NCBI GenBank assembly: GCA_964005815.1
Contig: CAXFSR010000060.1
Location: 8,559-72,558, forward strand
Direction: 5' to 3'
From: an uncultured Nitrospinaceae bacterium
Lineage (GTDB): Bacteria > UBA8248
DNA length: 64,000 nt
The notes beneath the pieces were generated by a model. That model was not told the origin of the DNA and made no database searches. It saw nothing but the letters and a program-made list of their open reading frames with translations. Position 1 is the first letter of the stretch, and every line of letters begins with the position of its first letter. The translations under genes and the position numbers were made by a program. Shown here in pieces: positions 1 to 10,361 of the stretch.

Positions 1-2
1 AA

Positions 3-533
3 ATTTTTTTTATTTCAAGTACTTCTGTATATGGACAAAATTCTGGAGAATGGATAGATGAAAACTCTACAACAAAACCAAAATCTTCTACAGCAAAGAT
101 AATTCTCCAAACAGAAAATTATATTCTAAAGAATTACTTAAAAACTACTATTGTAAGATTTTCTGGTATTTATGGACCTGGGCGAACAGGATTTTTAAAT
201 AAAATGATTAATGAGGGCAAAACGTTTACCCATAATCGATATACCAATAGAATACACAGAGATGATTGTGCAAACGCACTGATTCACTTAATGAATTTAC
301 CTAATTGTGAAAATATCTATCTCGTTTCAGACAATGAGCCAGTAGATCTTTCTGAGTTAGCAAACTGGATTAAAATAAAAAAGGGATTAAAAAATGAGGG
401 TCTTGAATACTTAACAAAGATCCCATTTATTAAAACTAAATCAAATAAAAGATGTTCAAATAAAAAATTAATAGATTCAGGATATAAATTTTTATTTCCA
501 AGCTTTCGCGAAGGATACAGTGGAATAATTTAG
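3..533 (+). CDS. NAD-dependent epimerase/atypical SDR (YeeZ-like), 5' truncated by window edge
   Basis: Frame is open from base 3: IFFISSTSVYGQNSGEWIDE...VRFSGIYGPGR...NRIHRDD...NKRCSN..L...GYKF.FPSFREG, typical of this family. Confidence 0.8.
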   Translation: MFFISSTSVYGQNSGEWIDENSTTKPKSSTAKIILQTENYILKNYLKTTIVRFSGIYGPGRTGFLNKMINEGKTFTHNRYTNRIHRDDCANALIHLMNLPNCENIYLVSDNEPVDLSELANWIKIKKGLKNEGLEYLTKIPFIKTKSNKRCSNKKLIDSGYKFLFPSFREGYSGII

Positions 534-538
534 TTTCT

Positions 539-1228
539 TTACTTATTGAAATTCAATAATATATTTATATCTTTCCTCAGTTTACGTAATTCTTCCTTGT
601 TATTGCTCATATAATATCCACGAACTCTCAGTTCTGTATCAATTAATACAAAACGAAAACTATGCAAAATACTTATTTTTTTCTGATGACCTGGGTGATG
701 TGCATATGCATTTGGCAAAAAAGAAGCATTATTTAAAAATTCAAAAAAAGAAGAAATTTTTTTCTGTTTTTTATATAAAGCAATGTCTGCGCTTAATCCA
801 AGTCCAGATTTCACTAAATTATGTATCTCTGATTTTTCTCCTGTAAGAAAAAACCATTTTTCAAAGTTTGCATTAAACCGTTTTCCATATTTTTGGAGTA
901 CACTAGAAGTATCAAATTCGGGATTAAGAGTGACAGAAAATTGTGAAAAAAGTTTTTCCTTCACAAACTCTCTTTGTAATTTTGACATTTCGGATGATTG
1001 CAAAGGACAAGTATCATTACACCGGGTAAAGATTAAATCTCCAACCCAAATTTTTCCTTTTAAATTTTTCTCCGTAAAAACGATATTTCCCTGATCTTTT
1101 AGAGAAAACTTAGAAATGTCTTTAAAAGTCGGCAGAATATTGTTGTTCTGCTTACACCCAGTAAATAAAAATAAACATAAAAAAACGTACAAGAAAAAAT
1201 AATTGTTCTTTGTAGTACTTTTTCTCAA
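539..1228 (-). CDS. SCO1/SenC family copper chaperone lipoprotein
   Basis: Lipobox LFTGC; FTRCNDTCP (CxxxC); PEFDT; WFFLTG; conserved His in ILHSFRFVLID. Confidence 0.9.
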   Translation of the reverse strand: MRKSTTKNNYFFLYVFLCLFLFTGCKQNNNILPTFKDISKFSLKDQGNIVFTEKNLKGKIWVGDLIFTRCNDTCPLQSSEMSKLQREFVKEKLFSQFSVTLNPEFDTSSVLQKYGKRFNANFEKWFFLTGEKSEIHNLVKSGLGLSADIALYKKQKKISSFFEFLNNASFLPNAYAHHPGHQKKISILHSFRFVLIDTELRVRGYYMSNNKEELRKLRKDINILLNFNK

Positions 1229-1229
1229 T

Positions 1230-2411
1230 TTAAGTGCCTTCCTTAGTATTTCTATGTCGGTGAATGTTCATTGAAACTAAAAGAGCAACGAAACACAAAA
1301 ATGAGAAAAACAAAAATGTTTTCTCTACCCCATAGGCCTCGGCAACTAATCCTGCAATTAAAGGTGATAAAATAGAAGCAACTTCATTGACACTATACAA
1401 TAATCCAATAGAACTGGCTCTATTGTCCTCTTCTACCACTTTCGTAGCTACTGACAAAATAAGGCCTTGTGTAGGATTTAGGGTCCCACCAAGTAAAATA
1501 ATAAATATGAAAGTTAAAAAAATTGAAAGATTAGATGACAAAAATACTAATGAAATAGAAGCAATTATCATCATCAAAGAGAGATATAATGTTTCCCGAT
1601 CTCCTTCTGCAATCTTCCCCCAAAAAATGGAGCTGAGAGTTCCTACTAAAAAATAGAGTGTTAGAATCCACCCTATAGACGTGACATTAAAACCAAGACT
1701 TTCTGCAATCCAGATAGGCAAAAATGTCATAATTCCTCTAAGACCCATCACTCGACAACTTGATAATAAAAGAATGAACATTAATATTTTATTATGAAAT
1801 AATTGAGAAAATGTTCTCTTTACCTCATTTTTTAATTCTTTCTTCTCTCTAGAAAAATCGGTAAAACTAAACCAAATAACTAAGGAAAATATAACTCCCG
1901 GAAGAACAAAAAACTGAACTGCGGTTCTCCAATCACCAAAGTAATATGTTAACCAACCAACTAGAACAGGAGTAAAAATACTGCCAAAATCTCCTCCAGC
2001 CTTAAAAATACTCATATGAAAAGAAAGTTTTTTTGTCGCTTCCCTTGCAAGTAACGCTACTGCAGGAGGATGGTAAGCAGAACTACCAATTCCACTAAGA
2101 AAAACCAAAAAAAGCAAAACGAAAAACGATTCAAGAAAACCAAAGAAAATTAAGGGTATTGCGCTAATGACAAGCGATAGGCATAAAATAAGCCTATGCC
2201 TGTTTAAGTAATCTGCAAAAAAAGATATAGGAAATTGAAAGATGCCACACGCAAATGAATAAGTAGATACAATTAATCCAGTTTCAAAATAACTCAATTT
2301 GAAATCAAGTAGTATAAGAGGCAAAACCGGAGTCAGAACCCTAGCATAGACTGAATTGACGGCATGACTACCCGACAATAAAAAAACACTTTTAAGATTA
2401 GGAGATTCCAT
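1230..2411 (-). CDS. MFS transporter (FSR-like)
   Basis: About 12 hydrophobic segments, GIGSSAYHP motif; true start taken as ATG at 2411 (MESPNLK) because the upstream ORF extension runs through the tRNA. Confidence 0.85.
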   Translation of the reverse strand: MESPNLKSVFLLSGSHAVNSVYARVLTPVLPLILLDFKLSYFETGLIVSTYSFACGIFQFPISFFADYLNRHRLILCLSLVISAIPLIFFGFLESFFVLLFLVFLSGIGSSAYHPPAVALLAREATKKLSFHMSIFKAGGDFGSIFTPVLVGWLTYYFGDWRTAVQFFVLPGVIFSLVIWFSFTDFSREKKELKNEVKRTFSQLFHNKILMFILLLSSCRVMGLRGIMTFLPIWIAESLGFNVTSIGWILTLYFLVGTLSSIFWGKIAEGDRETLYLSLMMIIASISLVFLSSNLSIFLTFIFIILLGGTLNPTQGLILSVATKVVEEDNRASSIGLLYSVNEVASILSPLIAGLVAEAYGVEKTFLFFSFLCFVALLVSMNIHRHRNTKEGT

Positions 2412-2470
2412 AATATTGAATTTTCTGGCAGAGAAAACGGACTTCTTTAAATCAATTTTAAAGTAAAAAA

Positions 2471-2546
<76 letters not shown>

Positions 2547-2596
2547 ACACAAAAACTTTTCTAAATCATCAAAAAAGATTTGTATTCAAGAAAATA

Positions 2597-2625
2597 ATTC
2601 TAGGTGCATCAAAAAATAGCGTCAA
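2597..2625 (-). promoter_or_regulatory. sigma70-type promoter for tRNA-Phe
   Basis: Minus strand TTGACG-17 bp-TAGAAT, about 50 bp upstream of the tRNA. Confidence 0.7.
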
Positions 2626-2737
2626 GCGCAGTCAAAATTAAAGTATTTAAAAATTAACATTGCAAATAATACTTGTTTCAATCAAATTATGAAATTAGTT
2701 TCGTGCAAAATATTTAACCATAAGAAAGAGGAATTTT

Positions 2738-3748
2738 TTGAATAAAGAAATACTACCGTTAGGAAAAATAGAACATGATCTATTAAGAGAATTTTTAGAT
2801 GACCTTGAAGGTGACCCTCGTCTAATAGTAGGACCAAAAGTTGGAGAAGATGCTGCTGTAATCGATTTTGGGGATAAATATCTTGTAGCAAAATCAGATC
2901 CAATTACATTCACGGAAGAAAAAATAGGATGGTATGCAGTTCATATTAATGCCAATGATATCGCTTGTATGGGAGCTGAACCTAAATGGTTTCTCATTAC
3001 TCTTTTAATGCCAGATGGTAAAACTTATAAATCTTCAATAAAAAAAATATTCAAAGATATTAAAAGAGCCTGTAAAGAACTAGGTGTAATCTTATGTGGT
3101 GGTCACACTGAGATAACAAAAGGTTTAGAACGGCCTATTTTGTGTGGCCAGATGCTTGGTGAAGTTAAAAAAAATAATCTCATACAGGGATCTAAATCTA
3201 AGAAAGGTGATTCCATATTAATGACCCAAAAAATTCCTATAGAAGGAACTGCAATTTTAGCAAATCATAAAAATAAAGAATTACTTAATACAATAGATAA
3301 CAAATTACTTAAAAAAGCTCAGAGATTTTTAGAAAAACCTGGAATCAGTGTGGTAAAAGCAGCTATTACCGCAGCAAAAACTGGTCATATACATTCTATG
3401 CATGATCCTACAGAAGGTGGACTAGCAACAGGAATCCATGAACTTGCTCTTGCTTCAAATTTAGGAGCTTTAGTCAATTACGAATTAATTCCAATGTATA
3501 AAGAGGGAATGGAAATTTGCAAAACATTCAATCTCGATCCGCTGGGCCTCATTACATCTGGAACTCTACTTATAACTACAAGTGAGGATAATGAAAAAAA
3601 GATTATAAAAAAATTAAAAAAAATAGAGATAGAGACAACTAAAATTGGTAAATTGGTTGATAAAAATCTTGGTGTGAAAATAAAAATAGGAAAAAAGACT
3701 AGTGATTTACCCATTTTTCAAATGGATGAAATCTCAAAAGTTATTTAA
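2738..3748 (+). CDS. AIR synthase (PurM-like)/HypE-related ATP-binding protein
   Basis: LGKI, GEDAAV, SDPIT, NANDIACMGA, GGHTE, MHDPTEGGL motifs. Confidence 0.85.
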   Translation: MNKEILPLGKIEHDLLREFLDDLEGDPRLIVGPKVGEDAAVIDFGDKYLVAKSDPITFTEEKIGWYAVHINANDIACMGAEPKWFLITLLMPDGKTYKSSIKKIFKDIKRACKELGVILCGGHTEITKGLERPILCGQMLGEVKKNNLIQGSKSKKGDSILMTQKIPIEGTAILANHKNKELLNTIDNKLLKKAQRFLEKPGISVVKAAITAAKTGHIHSMHDPTEGGLATGIHELALASNLGALVNYELIPMYKEGMEICKTFNLDPLGLITSGTLLITTSEDNEKKIIKKLKKIEIETTKIGKLVDKNLGVKIKIGKKTSDLPIFQMDEISKVI

Positions 3749-3770
3749 AAATAAGGTATGGAGAAATAAA

Positions 3771-4343
3771 GTGAAAGTTGGTGTATTACTCGATTTTGAT
3801 GGAACTATAACAAAACCTGTTTTTAACTGGCCGGCAATGAAAAGAGAAATGAATCTTACAAATGCAGATTTATCTATTCTCGATTATATCTCAACTGTAG
3901 ATCCTGAAGACGCTGCAAAGATAGAAGCAATTCTCGAACGTTACGAAATAGAAGCCGCTCTTAAAGCTGAATTAAACGAAGGCGCTAAAGATTTAATTAA
4001 TTTTTTAAGAGAAAAAAAAATCCCACATGCGATTGTTACTAATAATGCAAAAAGACATATTCTTAAAATGTTGGAAATTTTAGATCTTAGTTTTGAGAAA
4101 ATAATAACCAGAGATATTGGATTTTGGAAACCAGATCCAAGGCAAGTTGTTGCGGGTGCACAGATAATTCAAACACCGCCAGATCGATGTCTTTTTATAG
4201 GCGATGGACAATACGACATGCATGCAGCAACTGAAGCAGGGATGATTGCAATACATCTTTCAAAATCTAAAACACTTGAGTGTGACTATCAAATTACAAG
4301 CCTTAACGACGCAATCCCAATAATTTCTAGTTTTTATAAATAA
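3771..4343 (+). CDS. HAD-family hydrolase
   Basis: DFDGT motif I, VTNN, KPDP, IGDG.YD; GTG start with GGAG SD. Confidence 0.85.
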   Translation: MKVGVLLDFDGTITKPVFNWPAMKREMNLTNADLSILDYISTVDPEDAAKIEAILERYEIEAALKAELNEGAKDLINFLREKKIPHAIVTNNAKRHILKMLEILDLSFEKIITRDIGFWKPDPRQVVAGAQIIQTPPDRCLFIGDGQYDMHAATEAGMIAIHLSKSKTLECDYQITSLNDAIPIISSFYK

Positions 4344-4352
4344 ATTTTAGAT

Positions 4353-5858
4353 TTAAAATAAACTTGAAGCGGAAAGTTTTGTGATATCAATAAAACTATC
4401 TGGGAAAAGACCAAGATAAAGGGTCATAGACAATAGAATGACCAAAGTAAAGATTAATGAGGAAGCACGGGAGAATTCAAAAGGAATGTCTGGGTCCTTT
4501 GCAGGTTCCATAAACATCACCATAATAACTCGTCCATAATAATACATAGAAATCGCACTTGTAAGTATCCCGATAACAGCCAACCAATAGAATTCATTTT
4601 GTATTGCCGCTGCGAAGAGATATAACTTTCCTACAAAACCTGCAGTTGGAGGTATCCCAGCCAATGAAAGAAGAAAAACCACGAAACACATACCGAACCA
4701 AGGATGGGACTGACCTAATCCACGCCAATCTTCAATCTGATCTCCTCTTTTGCCTTCTTGGCACATCCATATCAGCATTCCAAAAGCACCTAAATTTGTA
4801 AACAAATATATACCTAAATAAAACAGTACTGAACTTACATTAAAATCACTAAAAAGATATTTCCCATTATGAATTGTGAAACATGAAACAAAACCCATCA
4901 AAATATAACCGGCATGACTCATACTTGAATACGCAAGCATACGTTTTAGATTCTTCTGTGCAATTGCAGCAATATTACCCCAAACCATTGTCGCAGCAGT
5001 TAAAGCCCAAAAGAGAACAGTCCATCTTGTACTCATAGAAGGCAAGGCTATGACAAAAAGTCGGACTATAACTGCCACAGCTGCTGCCTTCACTGCAACA
5101 GACATAAATGCAGTTACAGATGTTGGAGCGCCTGTATATGCATCTGGTAGCCACATATGAAAAGGAGCTAGCGCCATTTTAAAAGCAAAACCGCCAACTA
5201 ATAATATAACTGACAAAATTAAAACTGGCTGAGATACTACTGCATTTACATTAGAACTAGAAAGAGCCTTAGCGATAGCAGTAAATGATGTTGAACCGGT
5301 GTAGCCGTAGAGTAATGCGATACCATACAACAAAATTCCAGACGCAAAAGCACCCATCAAAAAATATTTAAATCCTGCTTCTCTACTTAATACATCATTT
5401 CTCATAAATGCAACTAAAACATAAATACTTATACTCATAGTTTCTATACCAAGATATAGAGTCATTAGATCATTAGCTGAAACTAAAACTAGCATCCCAA
5501 AAACGGAAAACAAAAGCATGGCATAAAATTCACCATAATTAATTTTTTCAACTTTCAGATAATCAATCGACATTAAAACTGTAAGAGCAGCACAAACTAA
5601 AATAGTAGATTTTAAGAAAACACTAAAATTATCAACTATATAAAAATCACTAAAGGTAGTTTTTGGCCCAACACCCCACTGAGATAAAGTAAAATAAAGG
5701 ACTATAATTATTCCAATTAAACTAACTAAACCAACTAGAGATTTCTTCTCTAATGAAACAAATAGATCAAAAATAAGAACAAATCCTATAAGAATAGCAA
5801 GACTAATCTCAGGCAAGGCCAGTGAAAATAATATGTCTGGTATAACTACTTGCTGCAT
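4353..5858 (-). CDS. nuoN: NADH-quinone oxidoreductase subunit N (operon 2)
   Basis: EAGFKYF, FKMALAPFHMWLPD, KRMLAYSS, SLAGIPP; last gene of cluster. Confidence 0.95.
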   Translation of the reverse strand: MQQVVIPDILFSLALPEISLAILIGFVLIFDLFVSLEKKSLVGLVSLIGIIIVLYFTLSQWGVGPKTTFSDFYIVDNFSVFLKSTILVCAALTVLMSIDYLKVEKINYGEFYAMLLFSVFGMLVLVSANDLMTLYLGIETMSISIYVLVAFMRNDVLSREAGFKYFLMGAFASGILLYGIALLYGYTGSTSFTAIAKALSSSNVNAVVSQPVLILSVILLVGGFAFKMALAPFHMWLPDAYTGAPTSVTAFMSVAVKAAAVAVIVRLFVIALPSMSTRWTVLFWALTAATMVWGNIAAIAQKNLKRMLAYSSMSHAGYILMGFVSCFTIHNGKYLFSDFNVSSVLFYLGIYLFTNLGAFGMLIWMCQEGKRGDQIEDWRGLGQSHPWFGMCFVVFLLSLAGIPPTAGFVGKLYLFAAAIQNEFYWLAVIGILTSAISMYYYGRVIMVMFMEPAKDPDIPFEFSRASSLIFTLVILLSMTLYLGLFPDSFIDITKLSASSLF

Positions 5859-5887
5859 GATATTTAAGACTCCTATGGACTAAAATC

Positions 5888-7447
5888 TTAGTTTTTAGCA
5901 GAAACCTTTGAAATACGTTTTTGGATAATTGCAACGTTTTTACTCGTTTGATTCTGATCCACAATTTTCACAACTCTTTTAAGACTAGCCTCCATTTTAT
6001 TTATAAAAGGTTTAGGATAGAGACCAATCCAAAACATTAAAATAACTAAAGGAGCTAGATAAAGAATCTCTCTTAAATTACAATCTGGGATATTTTCATT
6101 TTTTGGATTTTCCAATTTCCCAAAAAATACTCTTTGAAATAACCAAAGCATATAAGCAGCACCAAGAACAATTCCAATCACAGCAAATGCCGCGTAAATA
6201 TAACTTTTCTTAAATGCACCAATAAGGATTAAAAACTCACCTACAAATCCATTTAACCCAGGTAGCCCTATACTACTTAACATAGTTATTGCAAAAATTA
6301 CGGTAAAAATTGGCATTTGCTTTGAGAGTCCGCCATATTCGGAAATTTCGCGTGTATGTCTTCTTTCATAAACAACTCCGACAAGTAAAAAGAGTGCGCC
6401 GGTACTAATACCATGATTTATCATTTGTAATTGACCACCTATTAGCCCCTGTTCATTTAACGCAAAAACTCCCAGCATAACAAATCCTAGATGACTGACT
6501 GATGAGTAAGCTACAAGCTTTTTAATGTCAGTTTGAGCCATCGCGACCAATGCTCCATATATAATTCCGATGATAGACAGAAGTACCATAAAAGGCACAA
6601 AAAGTTGCGTCGCCTCTGGAAGAAGAGGCAATACAAATCGAACAAAACCATATGTACCCATTTTCAATAGAATTCCAGCAAGAATTACACTACCGGCAGT
6701 CGGTGCCTCTACGTGCGCGTCAGGCAACCATGTATGAAAAGGAAACATTGGAACTTTGATAGCAAAACCAATGAAAAAGGCAAGGAAAATCCATACCTGT
6801 AAACTTAGTGGAATCTTTGGTCCCACAAGATACAATTCGGTTAGACTAAAAGTTAAAGAACCGGTTCCTGACTTCATATTAAAGAAATATAAAGCAAGGA
6901 TTCCTAGAAGCATTAAAACACTTCCGAAAAGCGTATAAAGAAAGAATTTTATTGCAGCATAGAGTTTTCTGGTTCCACCCCAAATACCAATCAAGAAATA
7001 CATCGGTACTAATGTAACTTCGAAGAAAACGTAAAACAGAAAGATATCAATTGCTAGAAATGTTCCAAGCATACCTGTTCCTAGCAAAAGCAAACAAACA
7101 TAATATTCTTTTTCACGTTCTTTAATAGCAGTAAAAGAACAAACAATAGAAATTAACATTGTTAACGTTGTTAGAAGAATCAAAAGTACACTAATCCCAT
7201 CTACTCCAAGATAATAACTGACACCAATTGATGGTATCCAGCTGACTTTTTCAACAAATTGAAATCCTGCCTCAGAGTCATTGAAGTTCGTCCATAAAGG
7301 AAGAGATATAAGAAAATCGAGAAATGCAACACCAGTAGCAAACATCTTGATTGTTTTCACTTGCTCTTTTTTTATAAAGAGCATAATAATAATTGCTCCC
7401 AGCAAAGGAAGAAAAATTATCAGCGAAAGAAGTGGAAGATTATTCAT
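5888..7447 (-). CDS. nuoM: NADH-quinone oxidoreductase subunit M (operon 2)
   Basis: IKVPMFPFHTWLPDAHVEAPTAGS, KKLVAYSSVSH, LPGLNGFVGE. Confidence 0.95.
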   Translation of the reverse strand: MNNLPLLSLIIFLPLLGAIIIMLFIKKEQVKTIKMFATGVAFLDFLISLPLWTNFNDSEAGFQFVEKVSWIPSIGVSYYLGVDGISVLLILLTTLTMLISIVCSFTAIKEREKEYYVCLLLLGTGMLGTFLAIDIFLFYVFFEVTLVPMYFLIGIWGGTRKLYAAIKFFLYTLFGSVLMLLGILALYFFNMKSGTGSLTFSLTELYLVGPKIPLSLQVWIFLAFFIGFAIKVPMFPFHTWLPDAHVEAPTAGSVILAGILLKMGTYGFVRFVLPLLPEATQLFVPFMVLLSIIGIIYGALVAMAQTDIKKLVAYSSVSHLGFVMLGVFALNEQGLIGGQLQMINHGISTGALFLLVGVVYERRHTREISEYGGLSKQMPIFTVIFAITMLSSIGLPGLNGFVGEFLILIGAFKKSYIYAAFAVIGIVLGAAYMLWLFQRVFFGKLENPKNENIPDCNLREILYLAPLVILMFWIGLYPKPFINKMEASLKRVVKIVDQNQTSKNVAIIQKRISKVSAKN

Positions 7448-7471
7448 AATATCTTAGACCCCCAAAACCTA

Positions 7472-9529
7472 CTATTGTAAAAGATAAGCACTTAACATTA
7501 AGAAAACACCTAAAAGCATTGCAAGCAAATAATTCTGAACCATTCCAGATTGTAAAAATTTAAAAACTTGACTAAAGAAACGAACAAAGTTCGCTACACC
7601 GTTCACTGCACCATCAACTGTCCTTATATCAAAAAGGGAAGACACTCGACTCGTTAAAACCGTTACAAATGTACTTCCATTTACAGCACCATCAACAACT
7701 TTAGCATCAAAATTCCACAAAAAACGCATCAATCTATAAATTGGCTCTACAATACATTTTTGATATAACTCGTCTACATAATACTTATTCAGTAAAATTT
7801 TATATAAACCTGGGAACTTTTGTTGTATTTGATCAGGCATGTTTGATTTTTTCCCATACATACTCCAAGCAATCACAATACCTCCAACAGCTATTATTAT
7901 AGCAAGTATAATTAAGTACATAGCTTCTGGTCCATGATGACCTCCGCTTTCTCCAGAAGCCGCATGAGCGGAAGAAATCAAATTAAAAGAAGAATGATGA
8001 GTCACATGAGACATTTTAGCGAGAGAAGGAGCTAGAAAATCATGAATCCACCCTTTTTCTGGTGGAAACCCGGGAATAATTCCTCCAAAAATACTCAAAA
8101 CTGCAAGTAAAATCAATGGTATTGTCATTGCGGGGGGAGATTCATGAATATGTTCCCTAGCATGAGTGTCTACTCTCATTTCTCCATGAAAAGTCATAAA
8201 AATCAGCCTAAACATATAAAAAGCAGTCATTAATGCTGCTATAGAACCAACTATCCATACAAAAGTATGTCCAGAGAAAAAAGCATTAGCCAAAATTTCA
8301 TCTTTACTCCAAAATCCTGCAAAAGGCGGAACGCCTGCTATTGCTATCGCACCGATTAGAAAAGTCCAATATGTTATTGGCATCTTAGATTTAAGACCAC
8401 CCATATATCTCATGTCTTGCTGTTGCTCTTCGGGAGCATGATGTAAAGCATGAATTACACTTCCACTTCCAAGAAACAAAAGACCTTTAAAAAATGCATG
8501 AGTCATAAGATGGAAAACACCTGCAGTAAATGCCCCAACCCCAAGCGCCATAAACATAAAACCTAATTGACTAACAGTACTATAAGCAAGCACACGTTTA
8601 ATATCATTTTGCACGAGACCTATAGATGCTGCAAAAATTGCTGTAAGTGCTCCTACAACAGCAATAACTTCTAAAGCCAAAGCTGCATCAACATATATAG
8701 GACTGGTTCTCGCAACCATATAAACGCCAGCCGTTACCATTGTAGCCGCATGAATTAGAGCACTAACGGGAGTAGGTCCTTCCATAGCATCAGGCAGCCA
8801 AACATAGAGAGGGATTTGAGCACTTTTTCCCATCGCACCAATAAAAAGCAGAAGTCCAATAATAGAAGCATAAGTAGTTTCAACACCAAGAACATTGATA
8901 TTTACGGCAAATTTCGATGTTGATTGCGACACTTCTTGGTAAGTGAGAGTATCTGCTAACATCCATATCAAAAACATTCCTAGTAAAAATCCAGCGTCTC
9001 CAATTCTGTTTACAATAAAGGCTTTTTTCCCTGCATCAGAAGCAGATTTTTTTTCATACCAAAAACCAATAAGCAAATAACTACATAAACCAACACCTTC
9101 CCATCCAACAAACATTACCAAATAGTTATCGCCAAGTACGAGGAGAAACATAGAAAGCATGAATAAATTGAGATATGTGAAAAATCTAGAGAATCCGGGA
9201 TCCCCATGCATATATCCAATTGAATAAAGATGAACCAAAAATCCAACTCCAGAAACAACTAAAAGCATAATTGTACTTAATGGATCTATAAGAAAACTTA
9301 GCGAAACACTAAAACTTCCTGCGTGAATCCATTCCCAGAGATGAACGGTATGTTTTCCACCAGCACCAAAAATCATTTCATTCGCAATGAAAATTACAAC
9401 CAACAGAGACAATCCTGCCATTAAAGTTGCTATATAACCGGATTTCTCCCCTAATCGTTTTCCAAAAATTCCATTAATTAGAACACCTACAACAGGGAAA
9501 AAAGGAATTAACCATGCATTTAAAATCAT
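7472..9529 (-). CDS. nuoL: NADH-quinone oxidoreductase subunit L (operon 2), with extended lateral helix
   Basis: GWEGVG, GKSAQ, WLPDAMEGPTPVSALIHAATMV, HAFFK; DGAVNG motif occurs twice, 26 aa apart. Confidence 0.95.
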   Translation of the reverse strand: MILNAWLIPFFPVVGVLINGIFGKRLGEKSGYIATLMAGLSLLVVIFIANEMIFGAGGKHTVHLWEWIHAGSFSVSLSFLIDPLSTIMLLVVSGVGFLVHLYSIGYMHGDPGFSRFFTYLNLFMLSMFLLVLGDNYLVMFVGWEGVGLCSYLLIGFWYEKKSASDAGKKAFIVNRIGDAGFLLGMFLIWMLADTLTYQEVSQSTSKFAVNINVLGVETTYASIIGLLLFIGAMGKSAQIPLYVWLPDAMEGPTPVSALIHAATMVTAGVYMVARTSPIYVDAALALEVIAVVGALTAIFAASIGLVQNDIKRVLAYSTVSQLGFMFMALGVGAFTAGVFHLMTHAFFKGLLFLGSGSVIHALHHAPEEQQQDMRYMGGLKSKMPITYWTFLIGAIAIAGVPPFAGFWSKDEILANAFFSGHTFVWIVGSIAALMTAFYMFRLIFMTFHGEMRVDTHAREHIHESPPAMTIPLILLAVLSIFGGIIPGFPPEKGWIHDFLAPSLAKMSHVTHHSSFNLISSAHAASGESGGHHGPEAMYLIILAIIIAVGGIVIAWSMYGKKSNMPDQIQQKFPGLYKILLNKYYVDELYQKCIVEPIYRLMRFLWNFDAKVVDGAVNGSTFVTVLTSRVSSLFDIRTVDGAVNGVANFVRFFSQVFKFLQSGMVQNYLLAMLLGVFLMLSAYLLQ

Positions 9530-9539
9530 TTCTAGTTAC

Positions 9540-9845
9540 CTACCATTTTAAAAGATTTACTTCATCAACATTCATAACAGTTTTATCACGATTCAACGAA
9601 ATCAAAATCGCCAATCCAACAGCAGCTTCACAGGCAGCAACGGCAATAACAAAAATCGCAAAAACTTGACCGGATAGATCCGCCCACTGTCTAGAAAAAC
9701 CAATTAAAGTAACATTTACCGCATTTAACATAAGTTCTATAGATAAGAGAATAATAATAGCGTTTCTTCTCATAAGAACACCTGCTGCACCAATAAGAAA
9801 AAGTACAGCTCCTAGAGTCAAAAAATGAGAAATAGGTATCATCAA
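9540..9845 (-). CDS. nuoK: NADH-quinone oxidoreductase subunit K (operon 2)
   Basis: IELMLNA, AACEAAVGLA. Confidence 0.95.
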   Translation of the reverse strand: MMIPISHFLTLGAVLFLIGAAGVLMRRNAIIILLSIELMLNAVNVTLIGFSRQWADLSGQVFAIFVIAVAACEAAVGLAILISLNRDKTVMNVDEVNLLKW

Positions 9846-9851
9846 AATCTC

Positions 9852-10361
9852 CTATGAATCTATTCTTTTCTTAGCAAGCACAATTGCACCAATCATGGCG
9901 GCTAACAAAAGAATAGAAACTACTTCGAACGGAAAAACAAATTTCGTATACAAAACGCTTCCCAATGCTTCTACATTTCCAGGGGTTGCTCCTAACTTCC
10001 AAGGCCATACTTTCATTGCGGGGAAAACTCCCTTACCAAGAACAGACCAAATTTCGAAACCCAAAATTAACACAATTAGAATCGCAAAAAATCGTTGTCT
10101 GTGCCATTGACGAATTCGTACTGCAACCTGAACATTCATTAACATAATCGAGAATAGGTACAGAACCATAATACCACCAGAATAAATAAGAACTTGAACA
10201 GCCGCAAGGAATTCAGCTCCAGCTAAGACAAAAAGTCCTGCCAAGAAGAAGAATGACAAAACTAATAAAAGAGCTGCATGAATTACATTAGACCTTGTAA
10301 TCATGAACAAAGATGTAATCACTATACCGGCAGAAAAAAGATAGAAAAATGGCAGTTCCAA
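9852..10361 (-). CDS. nuoJ: NADH-quinone oxidoreductase subunit J (operon 2)
   Basis: QVLIYSGGIMVL, FPFEVVSILLL.AMIGA. Confidence 0.95.
   Translation of the reverse strand: MELPFFYLFSAGIVITSLFMITRSNVIHAALLLVLSFFFLAGLFVLAGAEFLAAVQVLIYSGGIMVLYLFSIMLMNVQVAVRIRQWHRQRFFAILIVLILGFEIWSVLGKGVFPAMKVWPWKLGATPGNVEALGSVLYTKFVFPFEVVSILLLAAMIGAIVLAKKRIDS

Noticed and set aside
2738..3748. Possible selenophosphate synthetase SelD, given the selenoprotein candidate
   Set aside because: Same superfamily, but it lacks the N-terminal G(C/U)xxK SelD motif and fits AIR-synthase/HypE-like proteins
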